A DNA stretch of 64,000 nucleotides from Octopus vulgaris (lineage: Eukaryota): assembly GCA_951406725.2 (NCBI GenBank), contig OX597814.1, forward strand, positions 192,882,001 to 192,946,000, written 5' to 3'. Of the stretch, positions 39,455 through 53,809 are shown in pieces. Each line of letters starts with the position of its first letter. Position 1 is the stretch's first letter. The position numbers and the translations under genes were made by a program. Under the pieces are notes generated by a model. It had not been told where the DNA came from. It ran no database searches and saw only the letters and a list, made by a program, of their open reading frames with translations.

Positions 39455-40287
39455 GTGTTCCCCGCCCCCCGCTTGGCAACCAGTGTTGGTGTGTTTACGA
39501 CTCCGAAACTTAGCGGTTCAGTAAAAGAGACCATTAGAATATGTACCAGGCTTAAATTCGACTAAAATTCTTCAAAGCGGTACTTCAGCATGGCTGCAGT
39601 CAAATAACTGAAGCAAGTAAAAGAAGCTTCTAAGACATCTCACAAAAGTAACATAAAAATATAACCCCCTATTATACATTAGACCCTTAAAAATATTTAA
39701 AACGATGTAAGGCAATGCATCACTACACAAAAATATGCTCAACATCAAACGAGAAAATACTAAATATTCAGCTGCTTTAAAAAAATTTCCTTAAATATCG
39801 ACTACATTTTGTGCGTAACATTCATGATTAGCACTAAAATTAGTAAAGGTGGAAAATTTGTACAAAACTTGAATATTAACCAGGACTGCCTTCGCTTTGG
39901 GAGAAAATGGTTAGAGCGTTTTCAAAGCTATTATCTTAATCTAGAAAGAAATTTATAATTCCGAAGTTGAAAATAAAATCGATGTGAACGAACGTCCTAT
40001 AAGACAACCACTCTCTTATGAACATTCTACAAAATTCTAGAAAAGTAAATTCTTGGTATCACTTATCTGTACCGCTTTTTTCCAAATCAAAACCCGGACA
40101 AAGACCATAACACTCAACTATTACACGTCTTACAAACCTAGCATAGAACTATATGATGGATTTAAAAAAAAAAACAGAAACCCATAGAACTTGCGCCATC
40201 GATATGAAGGCTTTCGGCTGATTCCATATTCCTTTATACAGCGGAAAAAAATGTTGAATACCCCCACCAACCTATGAAAGAATATAT

Positions 40288-40700
40288 ATTTCTTTATTGC
40301 CCACAAGGTGCTAAACATAGAGGGGACAAACAAGGACAGACACACGGATTAAGTCGATTATATCGACCCCAGTGCGTAACTGGTACTTATTTAATCGACC
40401 CCGAAAAGATGAAAGGCAAAGTCGACCTCGGCGGAATTTGAACTCAGAACGTAACGACATGCGAAATACCTATTTCTTTACTACCCACAAGGGGCTAAAC
40501 ACAGAGAGGACAAACAAGGACAGACACACGGATTAAGTCGATTATATCGACCCCAGTGCGTAACTGGTACTTATTTAATCGACCCCGAAAGGATGAAAGG
40601 CAAAGTCGACCTCGGCGGAATTTGAACTCTGAACGTAACGGCAGACGAATACCGCTAAGCATTTCGCCTGGCGCGCTAACGGGTCTGCTAGCTCGCCACC
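40288..40700 (-). mobile_element. SINE B head-body-body dimer
   Basis: Junction GAAATACCTATTTCTTT at ~40463. Confidence 0.88.
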
Positions 40701-41904
40701 CTCACCAATCTAAGGAGGAATATAACAGTGCTAGTTTCCCACCCGATTAAACCGGTAATGCTTTGGGGGAAAAATGAGTGTCACAAAATTAGTCCCATTA
40801 GTATATTGGACATTGTGTGGCTAACCAGATGTAAACAACTCGGTACATGTAGGTTGTCTGCGTGGGAAATCGCAGAATAGAAATTAACTTCCGTCGATTC
40901 TTGTCTGCTACTTCACTTTATTCCCGGTTAAAAGAAATTCACTTTGTTTCGTGAAATGAAAGACAAAAGTTGTCCTTGTTAAAGGTATGAACGTCATGAC
41001 CTCACATATTTTCTAATTTAAAAAAATTCTGGCATCGTTCCTGTTGCGTGATCAATAGCTCGGAGATGGATGGGTTCCAGCAAGTTGAGATATATTTACA
41101 TGAAGACGAAGCTTTCAACGTTGACTGGAGAACGCAACGCTGTTAGAAGAAGACAGTACTTAAATACTGTCAGCAAGTTCTAGAAGAGTTCAATAAGATC
41201 AATTGCCATGAGGTGTGAAGCATTTAATGTCTCTGGCCTTTGTATTAAGTCTGAGAGAGAAAGTGCTTTGTCGCTTTGACTGAACAAGCGAAGGACCTAT
41301 ATTTTAATGGAAGGAGAATGTGATTTTGTGACAGTCTATTTAAATATTGTAGGCTGTCTGCGTTAATGTAAGTGCTAAGCTGAAATGCTACTGAATTATT
41401 AGAACGTGTGCGTATGTGTGTAAATTTGTATACATTTATGTAGGAATGAATTATTCATCAATTCATTTTGCTATAGTTTGATGCATTACTTAATATATCC
41501 TGTTTTGTATAGATAGCCAGCGAATATACGGACATGTTGAATCAATACGTTTCTTGATGGAATTATAATAAACACACACAAACACTCGCAGCTGAAACAT
41601 ACTTCGCCCATATATCATTAGCCGAATACAAAACAGCTTGCGTAGATTGTTGTTGGTTAACCCCCAGATCAGCACTGATGCAGAAAACATGATAAAAGAT
41701 GTTGGTCGTGACTGTTTTTATTCTCTCAGAAGTAATACATTGTTGGTAGTAAATAGTGGTGGAATAGGTGGAAGTAAAAGTTTGAGGAGGAAAGGGGTAA
41801 AAGGTGCATTTTTAATGGCTTAGTCTGCTGGGGAAAGCATTACCTATGACTTTTTAGATTAGGCGTGTGTGTGCGTGACTGTGTGAATAAACTTCAATTT
41901 ATCT

Positions 41905-42320
41905 GTTTCTTTATTACCCACAAGGGGCTAAACACAGAGGGGACAAACAAGGACAGACAAACAGATTAAGTCGATTACATCGACCGCAGTTCGTAACTGG
42001 TACTTAATTTATCGATCCCAAAAGGATGAAAGGCAAAGTCGACCTCGGCGGAATTTGAGCCCAGAACGTAAAAGGCAAACGAAATACTTATTTCTTTACT
42101 ACCCACAAGGGGCTAAACACAGAGGAGACAGACAAGGACTGACAAACGGATTAAGTCGATTATATCGACCCCAGTACGTAACTGGTACTTAATTTATCGA
42201 CCCCGAAAGGATTAAAGGCAAAGTCGACCTCGGCGGAATTTGAACTCAGAACGTAACGGCAGACGAAATACGGCTACGCATTTCGTCCGGCGTGCTAACG
42301 GTTCTGCCAGCTCGCCGCCT
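41905..42320 (-). mobile_element. SINE B dimer with ~18-bp TSD
   Basis: ATAAACTTC(A/G)ATTTATCT at 41887 and 42325. Confidence 0.88.
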
Positions 42321-42739
42321 TTTTATAAACTTCGATTTATCTTCAAACTGGAGACCTGGTCCAAACGTTTCTAACAGTGGTCTTGGTTGGAGGTAACTAA
42401 GTCTATGGTGGTTTTAAACTAAGGGACAGATTCTCTTGTACTAACGGATAGCAAGAATGAAAGGAGTTATCAGAGTGAAACTAGGAAATAAACCGGTGAA
42501 TCGAAACATGAAAGCAGTATTATTAATGATGAAAAAGTAGCCAGACTGAAAGAGACATTCGGAAGTAGGATAGAGAATACAGTATTGCGGGTTCGATTCG
42601 ACGAATTACCACCTGTGATAACTTTTGAAGATATGACGAGTTTTCTGATATAAGAAAAAAAAGACATACAAACTGAACAGTAAAAACAGTAAAATGCAAC
42701 TTTCTACTTTGAACAATCTCTTGAACAAGCCTCAAATTG

Positions 42740-43416
42740 TGTAGGTCTTTACCTCAATGAGGCCAAGGCTGAATACATAAACAAGTGCCTGTCCAACAGT
42801 GATTGCATCATCCATACTGTCAACAATGCGCCCTTAAATATGGTTTCTGATTACAAATATCTTGGGTCATACATATCATCATCTGGAAAAGACTTTCTAA
42901 CTAGAAAGGGTATGGCCTGGTCAGCCTGTAATGACATGCATAAGATCTGGTCATCAAATCTAAGTAGAGACTTCAAACTTGAAATCTTCAAAGCCACAGT
43001 CGAACCAATTCTACTATATGGCTCAGAAACCTGGACGTTATCAAAGAAGCTTGAGAGGCAGTTGGATGGAACCTACACTCGCCTCCTTATGAGAGCTCAA
43101 AATCTCTCATGGAAGCGTCATCCAACCAAAATGCAAATATATGGGAAACTACCACCTGTATCATCTCTTGTGAAAGGTAAGAGTTTGCTGGACATTGTTG
43201 TAGAGCTGAAAAAGAGGTAATTTCTACTCTTCTCCTCTGGAAGCCATCTGCTCGCGATACCAGGGGGCGCACACTCTCCTACCCTGATGTAACCTCCAGA
43301 GATACAGGCATCCAGCAACAGGACCTCCGTAATGCCATGATGGACCGTGAAGTCTGGCGTAGCATGGTAAATTCCATTGTCTCGACCACGGTCGAACAAT
43401 GATGATGATGATGATG
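42740..43416 (+). mobile_element. RTE-clade LINE 3' fragment (end of RT/thumb + C-terminus)
   Basis: GLYLNEAK..DYKYLGSYI..KIWSSNLSRDFKLEIFKATVEPILLYGSETWTL..LDGTYTRLL..FAGHC..MMDREVWR; (GAT)n tail. Confidence 0.92.
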
Positions 43417-44035
43417 ACTTTGGTGGGTAGAAAGCCATTTTCAGTATTATTATTTTTTCACATCTCATAAATCATTTGTTAATCATTATATGTACCCCAC
43501 GTTTAAGTTGTCGGTTCTCGTAGTGTCCCCTTTATATTTAAGGCTTTATGCCTAATAAGAAATCAGATTCTCTTGTACAGTTTCATGTCAGGCTTCATCA
43601 AGCGGAACTATGGCACATGGCTAGTTGCCCTTGACTCGGAATACGCACACGCATCCATCTGGTTGAAGACTATAATATGCAGTAGTTAATTAAGACGAGT
43701 AGCTGGCAGAGTCGTTAGCACGCTAGGAGAAATGCTTAGCAGCATTTCGTCCGTTTTTACGTTCTAAGTTCATATTCCGCCGAGGTCGACTCCGCCTTTC
43801 ATCCTTTCAGGGTCGGTAAAATAATTACCAGTTGAACACTGGGTCGATATAATCGACTTACTCTCCTCCCACGAAATTTGTGCCAAAATTGAAACAGGAC
43901 AATGGGTTTCTCTTTATCATAGTCACAAGGCCTGAATTCAGAGGGGACATGCACAAACATGCGGGGACATAAAGACAAATGATAAATGAAATGAACATAA
44001 ATATGATGCAAATGAGGCAGCCATCTCGCCCTCGC

Positions 44036-44446
44036 TTTACTACCCAGAAGGGGCTAAACACAGAGGGGACAAACAAGGACAGACAAACGGATTAAGTCGA
44101 TTATATCGACCCCCAGTGAGTAACTAGTACTTATTTAATCGACCCCGAAAGGATGAAAGGCAAAGTCGACCTCGGCGGAATTTGAACTCAGAACATAACG
44201 GCAGAAGAAATACCTATTTCTTTATTACCCACAAGGGGCTAAACACAGAGGGGACAAACAAGGACAGACATAGGTATTAAGTCGATTACATCAACCCCAG
44301 TGCGTAACTGGTACTTAATTTATCGACCCCGAAAGGATGAAAGGCAAAGACGACCTCGGCGGAATTTGAACTCAGAACATAACAACAGACGAAATACCAC
44401 TAAGCATTTCGCCCAGCGTGCTAACGTTTCTGCCAGCTCGCCGCCT
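44036..44446 (-). mobile_element. SINE B dimer
   Basis: Same internal junction at ~44207. Confidence 0.88.
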
Positions 44447-45785
44447 TCTGCGAGACGAACAGTGAATACCTTTACGATTAAACTTTACAATTAATTTTAC
44501 AATTAAACTTGAAACCACCTCTAGTTTCGCTACAATGTGAAACCGTGACCTTTCCTTTTGTTTCCTGCCTTTAAAACATGATAATCGGTAGTTAGTTGTT
44601 TGCGGTGCAGTGTTGCAGTCTGGGTTATATCGACTCTCCATTGTCCAGTATATTTCTTATTTCTTTATTGCCCACAAGGGGATAAACATAGAGGGGACAA
44701 ACAAGGACAGACAAATGGGTTAAGTCGATAACATCGACTCCAGTGCATAACTGGGACTTAATTTATCGACCCCTGAAAGAATGAAAGGCAAAGTCGACCT
44801 GGGCGGAATTTGAACTCAACGACCTCGGCGGAATTTGAACTCAAATTGTCCAGTATGTTTCTATAAGACGTTGGTTTTGACTTGTACTGCTGGTGCAGCC
44901 ACTGGCAGCTTACAATGGTTGTTGTGATGGTTATCGTTTTGATGTGAATAGCTTTTGGCTTTATAATTATAACAATAAAATGTACTTCTTGGCCTAACTG
45001 TTGCTTTATTTTATCGACCTTGGAAAATGAAAGGCAAAGTTGGTCCGGAACAGGATTTGAATCTAGAACATAATGGGTCATATCTAACCATTGCAACCAT
45101 TTTGTCCGACGCTCTAACAATTCTAGACGATTCTTTACGTTAGCTTTCTCTGCTAGAAATAATAGCCAAATATTTACTTTATACTATTATCCTGAAAGTG
45201 GACGAATATATTGAATAATAAAATTCTGGTTACGTCAGAGGACGGAATAGTCACGGAGATAAGAAATAATAACTTTAGAAAATATAACATTATTACTCCA
45301 TCTGCCAGAAATAGCAGCTGAATTAACTCCAAATAACAGTGACATTTTCAAAACAAAACAAAACAAAACAAAAAAAAACTTGCTGGATCATCTTTTCTAC
45401 TCTAGGCACAAGGCCCCTAATTTATGGGGAGGGAGCCAGTCGATTAGATCGATCCTAGTGCGCAACTGGTACTTAATCGACCCAGAAAGGATGAAAGGCA
45501 AAGTCGACCTCGGCGGAATAGACACGAAATACCGCTAAGCAACATGTTGGATAATGTAGTAATAAATACACTGTCTGAAGAAAGAGGCGATGGCCATGAT
45601 TGGAATGTCTTTTATTCAGGTCTGCTTTGTTCGATGAGTGCTTGACTGGTGCTAATAACAAAAACAATCTCAGTATTCCAACTACGTAAAATAATTTCTA
45701 TAAATCTCTTCACAATAACAGCATAAACGTCATCAGTAGTAAGTGTAAAGTGTTTTATAGACAACAACAATAACAACAGTAAATA

Positions 45786-46425
45786 CAGGGTGTTCAAAAC
45801 GTTTCTCCGCAGTGAATTTTTTTCATCCAAGATGTAATTCAAAACATGTGTAGAAAACTCAACTTGTGTATTGAAAATGAAGAACGACACTTTCAATACC
45901 TCTTATAAATTTTTGGATCTTTTCGGTTTGAACGGCAGTTTTTAACATAATTTCTAGGTGACTAAAAAAATTTAAACTTCGTATACTGGTAGAATGTGTT
46001 TATAAAACATCTTTTTCTCTTGGCTTTATTGAGAAAATTCTATAGTTTGTAAGATATTTGTTGTTTTTTTCTTCAATTTCTACAATTTCAACCAATCACT
46101 GACGTCTTTTGAGGTAAAAAACATTCTGTGCCGTATGAATATATCCCTCGTTTAAGAAACAGATTGGGTTTATTTACATTTGTGAAGAAAAAAATATACC
46201 CTAACCAACCCAGATTGAAATGCAATAGATCGATACTAGGGTCGTAATTATGGGTGACAATTTCATATGACACCGCTAGAAAACACAGCTGTTCAAACCG
46301 AAAAGATCCAATTTTTTTAAAGTCTTGTAAAACCTAATATATATTCCTTCGTAGTCTTATACCATTTTATAAATATTTATTTCGCAATAAAATACTTACT
46401 GCGGAGAGACTTTTTGAACACCATG
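45786..46425. mobile_element. Tc1/mariner-type MITE
   Basis: TA|CAGGGTGTTCAAAACGTTTCTCCGCAGT ... ACTGCGGAGAGACTTTTTGAACACCATG. Confidence 0.7.
45915..46309. mobile_element. Nested MITE with GGATCTTTTCGGTTTGAAC TIRs
   Basis: 19-bp perfect TIR; AATTTTT on both flanks; superfamily uncertain. Confidence 0.8.
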
Positions 46426-46802
46426 TTATATATTTAGAACAACAAAGCTAGAACAGTAGCTGAAATAATTACGCAGCAGTGGAATTCATACGTAAATTAA
46501 TTTGTAAATAACCAGAAACATGTGTCGAAATTTTCACTCCGCTATCTATGAAAACGAGAAAGATATTAATTTATTATTATACTGGTTTCAAGGGCAGTGA
46601 GCTGGCAGAATGCCGCGGTCGACTTTGCCTCTCGCTCTTTCGAATGCAATGAAATAAATACCAGTTGATAACTAGGAGTCGCTGTAATCGACGTACTCCT
46701 TCCCAGACATAGCTGGCCTTGTGTCTATTGTAGAAAGGATTTTACTGGTCTTATACATTTGACTGCAACCATGCTGGGGCACTGCTTTGGAAGGATTTAA
46801 TC

Positions 46803-47230
46803 ACGCGAGCGAAAGGGATTGCGACAGGCCAATTCATCTCCGGACGTGGGCTGGTGAATTACTTCGCTGCCCATCTTTCCAGCAAGATCCGCCTGGAGAG
46901 GAGGAACCTGCCGCAAAGAGCGTTTGGAAAAAGATGGCTGACAGTGGTAAGAAAGGTGAGAATGCACGAGGTTGTGCTTGCACGGTCGGTCGGGGCATAA
47001 ACGAAAGGAAAAGATTTACCAAATGGGATAATCAACCGGCGGGTTGATCCACTAACTTGGAACCCTATTTCCTTCCAATCATCACTTATATTTTTAACTC
47101 CCATCCGTATATGTAAATCCATTTGTCTTTTCATCTTGTATATAAGAATGTGTGTCTGTCCCCTACATGTCCCTTGTCTGTCTTTGTAACGTCCCCTCTA
47201 TGTAAACCTTTTTATAGGTGAATAAAGAAA
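46803..47230 (+). mobile_element. 5'-truncated L1/Tx1-like LINE (ORF2 C-terminus + 3' UTR) with 17-bp TSD
   Basis: TRAKGIATGQFISGRGLVNYFAAHLSSKIRLERRNL..FGKRWL..*; TTTGGAAG(G/C)ATTTAATC at 46786 and 47231; tail AATAAAGAAA. Confidence 0.78.
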
Positions 47231-48754
47231 TTTGGAAGCATTTAATCAATTATTTCGACCTCAGTACATATTCTGTACTGCTTGTTAATACTGGTATTCG
47301 TTTTTATTTTCATCAGTTTCTAATTATCGTATTGCTGAATATATTTTGAGTTACGCCCCTTCCAGCGTAATTGATATTTCAGCCGACATGGTAAGGAAAC
47401 TTGCATGTGGATGTTTTTCATTCCTTCTCTAACAAAGGCTTTGTTCATTCTTGCGAAATTAACCTTCGGGCGCCAAGATCGCTTTGCAAAACTGAAGCTG
47501 ATTAAATCTAGATTTAGTTTAAACGATCGCCCTGTTGCATTAATAGACATTCGTAGTCGAATGCCTATCTGGTAATAACTGTAATTTTCTCCAAGTAAAA
47601 CCACAATATATTCTGAGGTAGCAGCAGAAATATTAAGACCAGGCATGTCTATAATTATCAAAGAAAAATTACATTAATTTGGCGGAAAGCAAACAGTTTG
47701 CATGGTAACATAAGAAAAACGTATAACATTCATACCAGATTTATGTAAATTACGTTGCTGAATTGTGCTTTGTCATTCATTGAGGCACCGTTGTTCCTAA
47801 CTCATAGAATAACACATTAAGGTTGAACGATATGCAACTGTATCATGAATTATAGCCAACACCGAGTGTATATATACACATGCATACAACAGGCTTCTGT
47901 GTAGGGTCCGTTTACAAAATTTTCCACAAAAAGTACAGTTCACCCAAGCGTTGGTAGAGGACGACATACTCCAGAGAATGTTGGAAGCTAACCCGGACCT
48001 TTGTGATTATAAAACTTAGTTCTTAGCCAAATGAAAACTACTACTACTATTAATTTTTTTTTCTATTATAGGCAAAAAGGCCTGAAATTATGGGGCGGAG
48101 TGGTGTAAGTTCAGTGGGGTATGATCAACTTCTACTTATTTCATCCAATCTGAAATGATAAAAGGCAAAGTCGACCTCGGTGGAATTTGAACTCAGAACG
48201 TAAAGGCGGACGAAATGCCGCTAAGCATTTTTGTCCGGAGTGCTAACGATTCTGCCAACTCGCCGCCTTCAGTCATATTTAACATTATTTTCGACTAGGT
48301 CTTGTATGCACTCTCAACACCGTCTTTAATCTTTTTGTTTTTTTATTACTTGCTTGCTCCTTATATAAGCAACCTACAACACTTGAGCATCACAAAATTT
48401 CTGCGCGCACTTTTTTGAATGCCGGTCTGATAAAGTGCTACTCTAATGAAAACAAACAAAGAAACGAAAGAAAAGAGAAAATCACGTAGATATTAGGTGA
48501 TTTTTCATATAAAATAGTTGCGTACAATGGCATTAAAAACAGAGTGGTATTGAAACAATTGTAAGGTTGTGTTAAAATCTTTCGTCGTCGTCGTCTTTGA
48601 ATCATATATTACTATTCGTAAGATCCACACATTAAATTCCCGGTTGCATCTGGGAATTGTGTATGTATGTATCTTCCTCCTGGCTATAATTCGAGAGTAT
48701 AGATATCCACGAACTCTAGTTAAGTGCTGCATTGAAAATACTCCAATATTTTAC

Positions 48755-48900
<146 letters not shown>

Positions 48901-49225
48901 TACTATCTGTCTTATCTATCTGTCTATCTTATCGTATCTATCTTATCGTATCTATCTAAATAATGTGTGCGCGTACGTCTGACAACCGGTGTTGGTTTGC
49001 TTAAATCCTTTAATCTGGCAGTTCGACAAAAGAGTCCAATAGAATAATTTACTCAATTTCTTTCATTAAGCTCTTCAATGTGGTGCTCCAGCATGGTCGC
49101 AGACCAATGATTGAAACAAGTGAAAAATAAATATGAGCGTCAGACTGATATTCTAATATCCACTGTGTTAGTCCCCAGGACTTTTACTGTATTTGTACCT
49201 GAATTCGTCGCTTGTTATTGATTTA

Positions 49226-49280
<55 letters not shown>

Positions 49281-49642
49281 CTTACCATCCACATGATTCC
49301 AGGTTCATTCCCACTGCGTGGCACCTTAGGCAAGTGTCTTCTACTGTAGCCTCAGGTCGATCAAAGCCTTTTGAGTGGATTTGGTAGACGAAAACTGAAA
49401 GAAGCTTGTCGTGTATATGTATGTATGTATGTGTATATGTTTGTGTGTCTATGTTTGTCCCCCCAACATCGCTTGACAACCGATGCTGGTGTGTTTACGT
49501 CACCGTAACTTAGCGGTTTCGGCAAAAGTGATCGATACAATAAGTACTAGGCTTACAAAGAATACGTCTTGGGGTCGATTTGCTCGACTAAAGGCGGTGC
49601 ACCAAATGGCCGCAGTCAAATGACTGAAACAAGTAAAAGAGA

Positions 49643-49675
<33 letters not shown>

Positions 49676-49682
<7 letters not shown>

Positions 49683-49727
49683 GCTGATGAAGAGAAATTT
49701 TAATCCAAAACCATTGGTACGCGGATA
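49676..49727 (+). ncRNA. Degenerate hammerhead island inside (TA)n
   Basis: TATCCGTG-CTGATGA-...-AAAA (GAAA mutated)-CCA T TGG-TA-CGCGGATA; 8-bp stem I. Confidence 0.55.
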
Positions 49728-49747
49728 TTGCTTATATATATATCTAC

Positions 49748-49795
<48 letters not shown>

Positions 49796-50639
49796 TCATT
49801 TAGTTTGTCTATTGAGAATGCATTGACAGGATGATGGTGAATCATTCGGCTTATATGTGTCATGTTGTTTTCTTCACCTTTTCTTTCTTCATCGACAGTG
49901 TACAACGATAAATCTCTGATGGGAACTCATAAATATACAGGAATTGTGATCTTCAGGGGCCTTATATACAGTATGTTTATGACTTCCTTATTTCTGTTTG
50001 AAATAGGATTCTGTTCATTGAAGTGATTCTCTGCAATGTACGAAGTCCCATGGATACGGGAGCAATTATTTACGTAATTGGTATTTCCGTGTCTACAGCG
50101 GTATGGCAGTGGCGGTGGTTTAGCAGGAGGAGTAGTAATAGTAGTGACAATGAACGTGGTAATAGTTATAGGAAAAATCATTGTGGTTCCAACTGTGTGA
50201 CTTTGATGGTGGTACATTAGTAGATTTGCTGTAGATGACAGCTGTAGTGGTTAGACGTCAGATAAAATGTTTAGAGGCATCTTCTGGCTTTAAGTTAAGT
50301 GTTCAAATGCCGCCGAAGTCGACTTTGCTTTTTATCCTTTCGAGGTCGATAAATTAAGTACCAGTGAAAAAAATGGGGTCAATGTAATCGACCAGTCCCC
50401 TTCCCCAAAATTTCAGGCCTTGTGCCTTTAGAAGAAAGGCTCATTTTAACAAGGTAGTCAAAATGTTCAGCGGTGTTTCGCCCGTCTTTATGTTCTGAGT
50501 TCAAATTCTGCTGAGGTCGACTTTGCCTTTCATCCTTTCGGGCTGGATAAATTAAGTACCAGTCGCGTACTGGGGTCGATGTAAACGACTTAACCCCTCC
50601 CCACAAATTTCAGGCCTTGTGCCTATAATAGAAAGGATT

Positions 50640-51240
50640 ATTATTTACGTTGTTTTTGCTTTGTTTTGTACGAGCTGTTTCGAGTCTCGCCCAGAGACCG
50701 CCAGACTTAAGAAGTTGGACGCTTTACTATGGGTGTTATTTATGAATAACAAGGGAAGGAGAGCAAGAATAGCAAGGGAAGGAGAGCAGAATCTGGGAAC
50801 TAAGATTGGTAAATTTGTAAAATTTCAGTTTTGAAATAATTTGAAGAGAATCGGGTTGAGAATTTTCAAGTTGACAATATTTTTCTTCGGACCTGAGCAG
50901 TACCCATGGAACAACGTTTTGTAGTCCTGAGACTTTTGGATTTCCTGGCATTTGGTCACAGTGTTTGGGGTACAGGTGTTGCTCTTAGATGCCACATTTT
51001 TGAGACCTCTATTTCAAGATCCTTGTATTTACTTAACTTTTAAAATGTTTTTCAAAAATGTTGCAATGTGCTGGGATTGAAATATCTGTGGAAAGGAATG
51101 TTTTGTCAACATGGTTTTTTTTACCACAATATCTGATCTATTGGTCTCAATACCATGGTCAGCTCGAATACTTAGTTCCCCAAGAACGGTGATATCTTTA
51201 TTTTCTACTACTTTGGTAGGCTTATGTTCCCACCATTTCT
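50640..51240 (-). mobile_element. Second R4/Dong-like 3' fragment
   Basis: Minus strand: KWWEHKPTKVVENKDITVL..NRSDIVV..DISIP..KLSKYKDLEIEVSKMWHLRA; TAA repeats at both junctions. Confidence 0.8.
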
Positions 51241-52559
51241 AATATTATTAGGGTGGCATGCGGGCAGAATGCTAAGTTGCATTTCATCTGTTTTTACATT
51301 CTGAGTTCAAATTCCACCAAGGTCGACTTTGTTTTCGTCTTTCGGGGTCGATAAAATAAGTATGAGTCGAGCACTGGGGTCGATATAATCGACTAGTCTC
51401 CTTCCTCCGAAATCAAGCCTTCTACCTGTAGGAGAAAGATTTGTTATTATATGGGCGGCAAGCTGGCGGACTCACTGGCACGTCGGACAAAATGCTAACT
51501 AGCATTTCGTCCGTCCTCACGTTTTGAGTTCAAATTCGCCGAGGTCGACCTTGCTTTTCATCCTTTTGAAATCAATAAAATAAGTACCAGTTGAGCAGCG
51601 GGGTCAAGGTAATCGACTATCCCACCAAAATTTTAGGCCTTATCCCCGTAATAGAAAGGATTAAAGGCATTTCGGGCATGACCATCCCGTCGTTTTTTCC
51701 ATATATTTCGGACTACATTAACCAGTACGTTTTTTTCCCCTTTGAAGACAGTAGTTTTTGTTTGAATTGGTTACTATTTGTAGCAGTTTGGTCGATCACC
51801 AACGGTCTTTCTCATTGTTTCAGAATACTTATCGTATTTCAACAAGATACTTCATTCATTAACATGAGTTTTATCAATTTGATTACTTTTTATTTATTAA
51901 TTGAACTTTTTCGAATTACTCCATCACAAATAAATTCATCACTTTATAATCCCCCGAACAAATTATTTATTGATGTACAAATTATCGGCAGAAACTTCTT
52001 TAATTACTTCATTAGTCTTGTTAATTAATTATTTTCAATCTTATAGGATTAATTCCTTATCTATTTAGGACTATTAGTCATTTAGTCACACCATTCTCAT
52101 TATTTCTCTTCCCCACCATTAATTTACTCTGGTGCTCAATCACTTTTCTCAAATCCCTCCCCTCCACCATCCATAGTGGTTCACTGTGGTTTGTCCCTTT
52201 CGTCGGAGTCTACTCCTTCCTTCTGGCACATCGTGGATACTGGAACACAGCCGGATTATTGTAACTGTTTTGTATGGTTGACAAAGACAGTGGCGAGAGC
52301 TGATAAGAAAGTAGCTTTGTGCAATAATAAATCAACATTTACGTTTATATCGGAGAGGATGGCAAGGCGGGACCGTGGGGAGAAGCCAGCATCCACCATC
52401 CACCTCGTTTTTAATCATCCCATGCAAAAACAGTATCGTTCTTCTGAACCATATTGTCTCTGTCTTGCATTCTGGACAAGATAGAAACGAAAGCTGGCAG
52501 ACGACCAAATTTCTGTATTGGTTGAGCCGTGTGTGTTTACGTCGTCTGTGGACTGCAGG

Positions 52560-52570
52560 GTGTATGTATG

Positions 52571-52609
<39 letters not shown>

Positions 52610-52774
52610 ATGTATGTATGTATGTATGTATGTATGTATGTATGTATGTATGTGTGTGTGTGTGTGTGTGTATGTGTGTATGTATGTATGTATGTATGTA
52701 TGTATGTATGTGTGTATGTATATATGTATGTATGTATCTATGTGTGTGTGTGTGTATGTATCTGTGTGTATGTA

Positions 52775-52827
<53 letters not shown>

Positions 52828-53577
52828 ATGTATGTATGTGTGTGTATGTATGTGTGTATGTATGTATGTATGTGTGTGTATGTATGTATGTATGTATGTG
52901 TATGTATGTGTGTGTATGTATGTGTGTGTGTGTGTATGTATGTATGTATGCATGTGTGTGTGTGTATGTGTGTATGTATGTGCTTATGTATGAGTGCTTA
53001 TGTGTTTGCGTATTGTAATGTGTATGCATGTGTCTGTATTGGGATCTGTGTATGTCTGAATTGTGTTCTGTGTGTGTGTGTGTGTGTGTGTGTATTTGGA
53101 AATAATGACGTGTGTATGCATGGGTCTGTACATTGTAATATATTTTGCACGTGTTCGTGAATGGTGACTTGTGTATATGATGTGTGTATGCATGTGTCAA
53201 CGTACTGTAATGTGTGTATGTCTGTGTACTGTGATTTGTATGTCTGAATTGTGTATGTATGTATCTACGCATTGCGACGTGCATGTACTTATGTATTTTC
53301 GTCATGTGTGTATATATATATATATGCATGGTGTGCGAATCAACCTGTTGTGATGTATGAGTGTGTACATTGCTTGTTTGTATGCATATATTTGTACAGT
53401 GATGTGTATGTGTGTATTGTGATTTGTATGTGTGTTTGTGTGTATTGAGGTGTGAGCATGAAAGTATTGTGGCGTGTGTGTGTGTGTGCACTGTGATGTG
53501 TGTGCATCGCGATGTGTCTGTGATTTTGCAATGTGTAGGTATATGTGTTAGTATTTTGTGATATGTTTGTGTGTGTA

Positions 53578-53625
<48 letters not shown>

Positions 53626-53769
53626 TGTTGGAATTGGTGGTGGAAGGAATTATCAAGGCAAGAATAAATGGAAACGCAAACAAGGGAGAAATTATAAAAC
53701 GGTAACAGCATGGCTCGAGAGAATGTAAGAATGTAAGAATGTAAGAATGAGAGATAGACAGAAAGAAAA

Positions 53770-53809
<40 letters not shown>

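Noticed and set aside
52130-52560. Unique segment that could be a minus-strand exon or 5' UTR
   Set aside because: All frames close quickly and no recognisable protein; cannot be supported without RNA data
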